Shown here: one piece after another, positions 1-7,403 of the stretch
Numbering within the stretch: position 1 is the stretch's first letter
How the letters are laid out: each line of letters begins with the position of its first letter
NCBI GenBank assembly: GCA_965368975.1
Contig: CBDUPA010000002.1
Location: forward strand, 352,001-416,000
Reading direction: 5' to 3'
DNA from: an uncultured bacterium
GTDB lineage: Bacteria; Acidobacteriota; Thermoanaerobaculia; Multivoradales; JAHZIX01
DNA: 64,000 nucleotides
The notes under the pieces: model-generated
Databases searched by the model: none
What the model was told of the DNA's origin: nothing
The model's input: only the letters and a program-made list of their open reading frames with translations
Made by a program: the position numbers and the translations under genes

Positions 1-2
1 TC

Positions 3-323
3 GCCAACCTGACGATCTTCATTCTCGGCTTTTTCCTCGACTTCTTCGAGATCGCTTTCATCATCGTGCCGCTGCTGGCACCGGCCGCGCGCTTGCTGGG
101 TATCGACATGGTGTGGTTCGGCGTGATGATCGGCATGAACCTGCAGACGTCGTTTCTGACACCGCCGTTCGGCTTCGCGCTCTTCTACCTGCGCGGCGTG
201 GCGCCGAAGGAGATCCGTACGACGCAGATCTACCGCGGCGTCTTGCCGTTCATCGGCATTCAGATCTTCGGCCTGCTGATGCTGATTCTCTTCCCCGAGC
301 TGGTCACGGCACTGCTGGACTGA
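3..323 (+). CDS. dctM: TRAP transporter large permease (DctM family), 5'-truncated by window edge
   Basis: Frame open from base 3; C-terminal motifs GFFLDFFEI, WFGVMIGMNLQTSFLTPPFGFALFYL, typical of DctM subunits. Confidence 0.9.
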   Translation, partial: ANLTIFILGFFLDFFEIAFIIVPLLAPAARLLGIDMVWFGVMIGMNLQTSFLTPPFGFALFYLRGVAPKEIRTTQIYRGVLPFIGIQIFGLLMLILFPELVTALLD

Positions 324-357
324 CAGCACTGCTGGACTGGCGGCACTGCTGGAAGGT
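307..357 (+). repeat. 17-bp tandem repeat x3 spanning the dctM stop codon
   Basis: CGGCACTGCTGGACTGA / CAGCACTGCTGGACTGG / CGGCACTGCTGGAAGGT. Confidence 0.85.
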
Positions 358-407
358 GCCTCTCGACGGAGCGGCACGCGGCAGGAACGCCGCTGCGGAA
401 ACAAGCG

Positions 408-1559
408 TCAGGGTAGCGCGTCCGGCGGCACCGGGCCGGGCTCGCGGCCGATGCGGCGGGCGACGTACTCGGGGATGGGCCGCAGCCGTGGCGGCACGTC
501 GAGACCGAAGAGGCCTCGATCCGATCTCTCGGTGACGACCGGCTCGGACGTTACCGGCTCGGACATCGCGGGTTCAGACGTCACGGCACGGAAGACACGT
601 GCCGCGGGGATCTCGCTCAGGCCGAGCACTTGCAGGTAGCGAAAGTGGCGCGGCAAGACGTCACGCCACTGACCGGCACCGTGCACAGCGACCAGCTCGG
701 CGTCGGCGGGACGGTACTCGGCATTGGGCGGTTCTAGACTGAAGTAGAGCAGCGCCCAGGGCAGATCGTCCGTGCGCAGGTCCAGCTCGACGTAGCCGCT
801 GACCGGCTCACCCCAGTCCAGGGTGACGACGTTGCGCAGACGTGGGTGGGGCATGATCTCGACGGGCGCGCGCACGCTGGATGGAGTCGACAGGAAGATC
901 TCCGACGGTGCGGCAGCTGCTGACGGCAAGCCCCAGCGGCCGGTGGGGGGGCGCCCCCAGAGCTGCGGCTTGGGATCGTTCTCGGTCGCCGTTGCGGCGC
1001 CAGCGGACACCAGGGGCAGCGGCAACCAGCCTCGCACCAAACCCAGCTGGTGCTGCTCTGCGACGTGCCAGCTACCGTCGGACACCAGTACCGTTTCGAA
1101 GTCGTCGTCCTCGCTGTAGCGAACCTGCAGACTCACCAGCAGCCCACCCTTGCCCCAGGTGCTGCGCACTTCGGCGTGCAGACGATTGTTGCCCGCACGT
1201 AGCAGGGGTGCCGGATCGTAGACGTCGAGCGGCGCACCAGCGCGGTAGCGGTTGGACCCGAGCCGCTGACCGTTGACGAAGACGACGTACTCTTCATCCC
1301 CGAGCAACCACAGGCGCGCGGCGGACGGCTGCGCCGGCAGTGCGAAGTCGCGCAGGGCGTAGAACGCCGACGGCACGGCTTGCTCCTCCGGCGCCGCGGC
1401 CCAGATCCAGCTGGCGTCGGCCACCGGTGAGTTCCAGGCAAGCAGCACCTGCCAGCCGCGATCGGCCACGGTGAACACCAGCACCGCGACGAAGAGCATC
1501 CATCCCCAGCGCCGAGCGTGACGCGGCAGGTCATCCTGGGCAGCAAGGTCTGGAGGCAC
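408..1559 (-). CDS. Membrane-anchored protein with alpha-L-rhamnosidase N-terminal-like beta-sandwich modules, no catalytic barrel
   Basis: N-terminal TM; ASWIW, YVVFVNG, LRAGNNRL, VSDGSW, LDWGEPVSGY, FRYLQV resemble GH78 accessory domains; only 383 aa. Confidence 0.6.
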   Translation of the reverse strand: MPPDLAAQDDLPRHARRWGWMLFVAVLVFTVADRGWQVLLAWNSPVADASWIWAAAPEEQAVPSAFYALRDFALPAQPSAARLWLLGDEEYVVFVNGQRLGSNRYRAGAPLDVYDPAPLLRAGNNRLHAEVRSTWGKGGLLVSLQVRYSEDDDFETVLVSDGSWHVAEQHQLGLVRGWLPLPLVSAGAATATENDPKPQLWGRPPTGRWGLPSAAAAPSEIFLSTPSSVRAPVEIMPHPRLRNVVTLDWGEPVSGYVELDLRTDDLPWALLYFSLEPPNAEYRPADAELVAVHGAGQWRDVLPRHFRYLQVLGLSEIPAARVFRAVTSEPAMSEPVTSEPVVTERSDRGLFGLDVPPRLRPIPEYVARRIGREPGPVPPDALP

Positions 1560-1701
1560 TTCGGGAGGCTTGGAGTTGGCGTGAACGGGCAGGTGGTTCT
1601 CCTTGGAGGCAGCCGCGTGGGCGACACCGATGCTATCTCACAGCAGCCGTCTCACGGCAACACGATCGCCTGCTGGCGCGTGGAGGGACACTTCGGGGCG
1701 G

Positions 1702-3447
1702 CTACATGCGGCCGTGGCGCAGGATGGAAATCAGCAACCAGAAGCCCATCAAGGCGGCGACGACGAAGCCGACGAGACCGAAGAGCGAGATGTCGTAGAC
1801 CAGCGGCGGCGTCTTGGCCAGCACGACGATCGACGAACCGACGATCAGCGCGGCGAGGACCAGCGCGAAAGCCAGGCGATTGCTGATGCGATCGTAGGTC
1901 AGGGTCAGGCGGTCCAGTCCCAAGAGTTCGATGCCGGCGCGTGCCTTGCCGCTGCGCAACTGTCGCAGTACATCACGGCTGGCCAGCGGTAGTTCACGCG
2001 CGGCCTCCAGCGTCTCGGCACCGGCCTCGAACAGGTCCGCCGCCAGGCGCGCCGGGCGCCAGCGGTTCAGGTGGATACGGCGGATGAAGGGAGCGGCCTG
2101 TGAGACGATCTCGAAATCCGGATCGAGGCTGCGGCACAGGCCTTCGACGTTGGTCAGCGCCTTGATGGTCAGGAAAACGTCCGCCGGGATGGTCAAACGG
2201 TGGCGAGCTGCGACCTCCAGCAACTGCTGCAGCGCCTCGCCGATCTGCATTTCTTTGAGCGGCTGGTAGAAATGACGATCTGTGAGCGCCATGACGTCGC
2301 GTTGCAGCACGGCCTCGTCCGGCACTTCGTCGACCCGGCACAGGCCGAGCAGCGCCGCGGCGACTACCGATTCGTCGCGCTGCACGATGCCGGCGACCAG
2401 CGAGGCGAAGCTCTCGCGGCTGCCGCGGTCGAGCCGCCCCATGAGGCCGAAGTCGAGGTAGCAGACGACACCATCGGCCTGCACCAGCAGGTTACCTGGG
2501 TGTGGATCGCCGTGGAAGAAACCGTGGACGAAGAGCTGTTCCATGGTCAGCTCAGCGACCCGGGCGGCGACCTCGCTCGGTCGTGCGCTCGCCCTCGAGC
2601 CGGACTCCAGACTGGACCTGGAGCTGGAGCTGGAGCCGGAATCGAGTCCGAGTTCTCGCAGGCCCGCGCTATCGGACACTTTGACGCCCTCGACTCGCTC
2701 CATCACGAGCACGCGGTCAGTGGTCAGGCTCCGGTAGACCCGCGGTACCTTGACGCGCGGATCGCCGCGGAACTGCCAGGCGAAGCGCTCCAGGTGTGCC
2801 GCCTCTTGCAGGTAGTCCAGCTCGCGCTCCAGCGACACCGAGAGCTCGTCGACAACGCGCGTCGGCTGGTGAGTCTGCCAGCCCTCGAGGTGACGCTCGG
2901 CCAGCTGTGCCAGCTCGTGCATGATCTCGAGATCAACCTCGACCATCCGGCGCACCTTCGGGCGCTGCACCTTGACCACCACAGCCTCACCGGCAACGGT
3001 CGTGGCCGCATGTACCTGCCCGATCGACGCGGCCGCCAGCGGCTTCGGATCGAAGCTTGCGAAGGCCTCCTCCAGCGGCAGCTCCAACTCCGCCTCGACG
3101 ATGTCGCGCACCTCTTCGAAGGCGAAGGGCGGCACGGCATCCTGCAGCCGGGCCAGCTCGTGCAACAGCGCCACAGGCACCAGGTCGGGACGCGTGGACA
3201 GAAGCTGGCCGGCCTTGATGAACGTGGGGCCGAGGTCTTCCAGCAGCATGCGCAAGCGTTCCGCGGAACTGAGCGCATGCAATTCGCCGTCCCCAGAAGC
3301 CGACAAGCCGCGTCGCAGAATGCGATCCAGGTGCAGCTTGTCGAGCAGGTCCCCGTAGCCGTAGCGCAGCAGCATCCCGAGGATCTGACGGTAGCGCTGG
3401 ACGTGGCGGTAGGTGCGTCCGATGGCGTTGAGGCGGCGGGTTGGCAT
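1702..3447 (-). CDS. ubiB: AarF/ABC1/UbiB family atypical kinase with two C-terminal TM helices
   Basis: LGPTFIKAGQLLSTRPD, AAASIGQVH, VKVQRP, FFHGDPHPGN, LDFG motifs; start placed at ATG 3447, 7 nt after a TATGCT -10 (ORF track starts at 3459). Confidence 0.9.
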   Translation of the reverse strand: MPTRRLNAIGRTYRHVQRYRQILGMLLRYGYGDLLDKLHLDRILRRGLSASGDGELHALSSAERLRMLLEDLGPTFIKAGQLLSTRPDLVPVALLHELARLQDAVPPFAFEEVRDIVEAELELPLEEAFASFDPKPLAAASIGQVHAATTVAGEAVVVKVQRPKVRRMVEVDLEIMHELAQLAERHLEGWQTHQPTRVVDELSVSLERELDYLQEAAHLERFAWQFRGDPRVKVPRVYRSLTTDRVLVMERVEGVKVSDSAGLRELGLDSGSSSSSRSSLESGSRASARPSEVAARVAELTMEQLFVHGFFHGDPHPGNLLVQADGVVCYLDFGLMGRLDRGSRESFASLVAGIVQRDESVVAAALLGLCRVDEVPDEAVLQRDVMALTDRHFYQPLKEMQIGEALQQLLEVAARHRLTIPADVFLTIKALTNVEGLCRSLDPDFEIVSQAAPFIRRIHLNRWRPARLAADLFEAGAETLEAARELPLASRDVLRQLRSGKARAGIELLGLDRLTLTYDRISNRLAFALVLAALIVGSSIVVLAKTPPLVYDISLFGLVGFVVAALMGFWLLISILRHGRM

Positions 3448-3485
3448 CGATTGCAGCATAGCAGCCGCGATACAATCAGCTCACC

Positions 3486-4214
3486 ATGAGCCGCGCTTCG
3501 ACCGACACCGCCGCTCTCACCAGCACGGTGGAGAACTACCTCAAGACGATCCTGGTCGAAGGCCTGCACCGGGACGACGACCTGGTGCCGATGGGGCAGA
3601 TCGCCTCGGCACTCGAGGTCGCGTCGGGCACCGTCACCGCCATGGTCAAGACACTGGCCGATGGCGGGCTGGTCAGCTACGAGCCGTACAGCGGCGTGCG
3701 CCTGACCCACGACGGTCGCCTGCTGGCCACGAGGGTCCTACGCCGCCACCGCCTGGTCGAGCTCTTCCTGGTGGAAGTGATGAAGATGGACTGGACCGAG
3801 GTCCACGACGAGGCCGAGCGACTGGAGCACGCGGTGTCCGACCGCCTGGTCGACCGCATGGACGAGATGCTCGGCCATCCGGACGTCGACCCGCACGGTG
3901 ACCCGATTCCGACCGCCCAGGGCGTGATGCCCGAGCGCGAGTACCAGACGCTGCTGACCTGCGGCAGCGCCCCGCAGCGCGTGGTGCGAGTGCGCGACCA
4001 GCAGGCCGACTTCCTGCGCCTGGTCGAGCGCCGCGGCCTGATGCCCGGCAGCGTCCTACGCTTGCTGCAGCGCGATCCCGCCGCCGAGACGGTCAGCCTG
4101 AGTCTGCCGGCCTCGGGCATGGGAACAAACGAGAAGCCGGCCGACGGTACCGGCGAGCGGACCGTCGACCTGGGTTTCGGGGCCGCCGCCAAGATCCTCG
4201 TCGAGCCGGCTTGA
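3486..4214 (+). CDS. DtxR/MntR family metal-dependent repressor with FeoA-like C-terminal domain
   Basis: ENYLKTI, RRHRLVELFL, EAERLEHAVS, DPHGDPIP motifs. Confidence 0.92.
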   Translation: MSRASTDTAALTSTVENYLKTILVEGLHRDDDLVPMGQIASALEVASGTVTAMVKTLADGGLVSYEPYSGVRLTHDGRLLATRVLRRHRLVELFLVEVMKMDWTEVHDEAERLEHAVSDRLVDRMDEMLGHPDVDPHGDPIPTAQGVMPEREYQTLLTCGSAPQRVVRVRDQQADFLRLVERRGLMPGSVLRLLQRDPAAETVSLSLPASGMGTNEKPADGTGERTVDLGFGAAAKILVEPA

Positions 4215-4263
4215 GGGGCGTGTGGTTCGGACTGTACGGGCTGGAGAGGGCCGCGAGCCGCGT

Positions 4264-5985
4264 CTAGAGCTTCAGCTCCATCACCCGCGACAACATCGTG
4301 CCGCTCAGCGGGTCGTACACCGCGATCACCACGTTGTGCGGACGGTTGCGCATCCGCACCTCCGTCTCGTAGACCGCGTACTGCCCCGGCTCCGGTAGGC
4401 TCGGTCCCTGCAGCTTCATCGGGATGACGGGCATGTCGTTGCGGTTGCCCTGTTCATCGAGTACCGCGACGCGCAGCTCCAGCTCCGAAACATACAGGTT
4501 GCCCTGCGGCAGCATGGTGACCAGATCCATCGGGATGGCAACTTTCAACGGTACTTCGATGCGCCCGAAGTTCCGCTTCTTGGCTTGGCCGAACTGCACC
4601 TGCAATGGCTGCGCTCCCGGCAACTCGCCCACCAGCAGCGCGCTCTCGACCATGAAGCTGGTCTCGTTGGTGCGCGACATGTCGAGGAAGCTCGAACGAT
4701 AGCGGGCCTTGAAGCCGGGGCGCTGGATCTCGACCTCGATCTTGCGCTGCTCGTCATCGCCGCGCCACTGTGGCGTGAAGCCGAGCCAGTAATACGAGCG
4801 GGTGTCCGAGATCACCGTATCGAAGGCATCCAGACGGGCACCATCGATCAGCGGCCGACCACCGGTTTCCTCGGCCAGCATGTGTAGGGTCGAGTGTGTC
4901 TCGCGTTCGCGTAACTCAAGCGTCAGTGTATCGGCACCGCTCAGAGAGCCACCATCCGCAGCATTGACATGCGACGGTGCCTGGCCGGGAGCGTCGATCG
5001 GATAGAGCGTGTAGCCGAGACGGTTGGCAGTGTCGAACAGGGGTCCATACAGCCGCTCGCCGGAGATCTGCTCACCGTAGCCGACCACCGGGCCGGTCGC
5101 GTTGAGAACGAAGTCCGTCGGCGAGTACGGCCAGCCACCGGACACCAGCAACATCACCTTGCGGCCGGGCGGCTTGGCGAAGCTGCGCAGCGTCGCCGTG
5201 GAGGCGGTAACGATCTTCTCGATCTTGCGCTCCAGGCGTCGGATGTAAGGTCGGACCAGCTCCGCCGGCGGCAAGCGGTCGAACTCGGAGACGCGCGGCG
5301 GAGGCGTGGCATCGCCCTGCTGCCCAGGCAGCTGATCGGCCGCTTCGAGCGCGGCGTTCACCGCTGAATCGAGCACTTCATTCTGGCGCAGATCCTCGTC
5401 ATTGAAGCGTACGTCGTTGAGATTGACAGCACCGTAGGCACCGCGGCTCTGAGCGTTCTCCAGAACCTCGCGCAGTTTGTCGCGATCCTGCTCCCAGGAA
5501 GTCAGCATCTCGACGCGTTCGCCAGTGAAGGCGACAACGGCCATGCGATCCTGGGGCCCCATGTCCCCCAGCCGCTCGATCAGGCCCTTGATCACTAGGT
5601 CACGGTCGCGCGCCACGGTGAACATCTCGTCGAGGAACACCAGGTAGCTGGTCCCCACGGACTGTCCACTCTGGATGCCGGGGGCCTCGCGGAGGTCGGC
5701 AGTGGCCTCTCCGGAGGTCACCGCGGTACCCGCCGCCACCTCGGAGAAGAAGTCGATCGGCACTTCTTCGCCTTCCACGAAGAGCTTGAAGTCCTCCGGC
5801 GACAGCCCCGAGACACGGTTGCCGTCCCGGTCCTCGACGACCACTTCCAGGTTCACGACGCGCACCTCGACGATCTCGCCGAAAGTGCCTTCCACGGAAG
5901 TATTGGACTGCGCAGCCAAGGGCACGGCCGCGGCAGCAGCGAGCAGTAGCGCCAAGGTGGCACAGCTCAGTTCTTGTAAGTTCAT
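4264..5985 (-). CDS. Secreted VWA-domain protein, acidobacterial VWFA type
   Basis: Signal peptide; VEVRVVNLEVVVEDRDGNRVSGL..DF, PGRKVMLLVSGG, LAEETGG, YYWLGF; SD GGAAGGAG upstream. Confidence 0.85.
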   Translation of the reverse strand: MNLQELSCATLALLLAAAAAVPLAAQSNTSVEGTFGEIVEVRVVNLEVVVEDRDGNRVSGLSPEDFKLFVEGEEVPIDFFSEVAAGTAVTSGEATADLREAPGIQSGQSVGTSYLVFLDEMFTVARDRDLVIKGLIERLGDMGPQDRMAVVAFTGERVEMLTSWEQDRDKLREVLENAQSRGAYGAVNLNDVRFNDEDLRQNEVLDSAVNAALEAADQLPGQQGDATPPPRVSEFDRLPPAELVRPYIRRLERKIEKIVTASTATLRSFAKPPGRKVMLLVSGGWPYSPTDFVLNATGPVVGYGEQISGERLYGPLFDTANRLGYTLYPIDAPGQAPSHVNAADGGSLSGADTLTLELRERETHSTLHMLAEETGGRPLIDGARLDAFDTVISDTRSYYWLGFTPQWRGDDEQRKIEVEIQRPGFKARYRSSFLDMSRTNETSFMVESALLVGELPGAQPLQVQFGQAKKRNFGRIEVPLKVAIPMDLVTMLPQGNLYVSELELRVAVLDEQGNRNDMPVIPMKLQGPSLPEPGQYAVYETEVRMRNRPHNVVIAVYDPLSGTMLSRVMELKL

Positions 5986-6732
5986 CGGAATCTCCTTCCA
6001 GATCTGGAACGATATCGGGCGGGTAGCAGCGGCAGACTGCCGCGAGAAATCCTAGCAAGCTACGTGCCGACCCCACGGGTGCCCGCGGCCGGTGGGAACG
6101 GCCTTCTACTGTAACTCGTCGGACTCCCAATCTCAGCGCTCCGGGAGAACGAAGTACTCGTCCGCTGAAAAGGAGCTGGCTGAGCACCTAGGTCACGGAG
6201 AGCCAGGGTAGTAGCAGCCCGTGTCAGCACCGGTAGCAGAAGGCAGCAAATGATGGTAGCGGTACGCAGCTCTTCTAGCATCTGGTGATCTCCTCTGACA
6301 GCTAGAGGCAAGGCGAGGGCAGCGAGGCAACCGCTGTACCCAACCACAGATTGGTTCCGCGTGCATTCTGGATCGCGGCGAAGAGAACAGACGGCAAGGC
6401 TGATCACAGCCCTAGAATGCCCTGAGTCCAAGGGATCCCACGACCGAATGTCCCCTCAGGAGGACACTTGAACTACCTCAGCTCTTGCTCGCTGGTCAGC
6501 TCAGCTACCTGTCGACACGCAGGCGCCTCAGAGAGATAGAAATATCTCAGTAGGGTCTTTTCCACCCTCTCTGGCCCTACCCAGATATCTCCAGAGGGCA
6601 CCCAGAGAGAGACGGGGCTAGACACCCCCACAGGCATGGACTAAACTATCTGGCAGGCCTTTAAGGTCTTCCTATGTGATCTGTTGTCGGATTAGGAAAG
6701 AGGGGAGTTCCGGAACGGGCCCCCATGACTCT

Positions 6733-6749
6733 CTGGCAAAGAATTTGCA
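6733..6749 (+). promoter_or_regulatory. Sigma-54 (-24/-12) promoter
   Basis: CTGGCAAAGAATTTGCA: GG-N10-GC with TGGCA and TTGCA boxes, 84 nt upstream of ATG 6833. Confidence 0.75.
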
Positions 6750-6832
6750 TTCAGCATTTGACCGTAGAGTCGGCACGTCGACTCCCGAGAACGGCGACAA
6801 CCGTTGAATGTCAGAACTTGGAGAATGGTGGA

Positions 6833-7273
6833 ATGAGACGGATACTCAGCTTACTTATCTGCGCGCTGGTGCTCGCTGCACTGGTGCCGATGTTTGCCCA
6901 GGGACAGCAAGGATTCAGCATCATCGTCAACGCCAACAACCAGGTGAATGGCATCAGCAAGTCCGACGCGAACAAGATGTTCCTACGCAAGACCAAGAAG
7001 TGGGACAACGGCGAGACGGTAGAGCCCGTCGATCTGCCGGCCGACTCGACTGTCCGTGCTCGATTCTCCGACACGGTCCTGGGTCGTGACGTCAATGCGA
7101 TCAAGAGCTACTGGCAGCGCCAGATTTTCTCCGGTCGCAACACGCCGCCGCCCGAGCGGGACAGCGAAGCCGAGGTCATCGACTTCGTGCGCAGCAACCC
7201 GGGCGCCATCGGCTACGTGTCCTCCGGCGCATCGCTGCCTTCCGGCGTCAAACGGATCACGCTGCTCGACTGA
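6833..7273 (+). CDS. Small secreted periplasmic-binding-protein-like (PstS-like single domain) protein
   Basis: Signal peptide MRRILSLL..; IIVN, KSYWQRQIFSG, EVIDFVRSNPGAIGYV; SD-like GGAG upstream. Confidence 0.8.
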   Translation: MRRILSLLICALVLAALVPMFAQGQQGFSIIVNANNQVNGISKSDANKMFLRKTKKWDNGETVEPVDLPADSTVRARFSDTVLGRDVNAIKSYWQRQIFSGRNTPPPERDSEAEVIDFVRSNPGAIGYVSSGASLPSGVKRITLLD

Positions 7274-7330
7274 CCGGTCCCGCGCCCACGCCGCTGATCA
7301 GCCAACGACTTCGGCAGATCGTCGCAGAAC

Positions 7331-7355
7331 ACGGCCACCTGAATCAGGTGGCCGT
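7331..7355. terminator. Perfect inverted repeat between convergent genes, probable terminator
   Basis: ACGGCCACCTGA-A-TCAGGTGGCCGT. Confidence 0.6.
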
Positions 7356-7403
7356 AACTGTATCTGCCTCGATAGCCGGCAAGCTCGCTCGAGACGGGAA
7401 GCC

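Noticed and set aside
1133-1627. Frameshifted N-terminal extension of the 408-1559 gene
   Set aside because: A -10-like TAGCAT precedes this GTG, but the translation is not protein-like and the main ORF already has a plausible start and TM anchor
6060-6431. 123-aa ORF in the long intergenic region
   Set aside because: TTG start, atypical codon usage and composition, no motif
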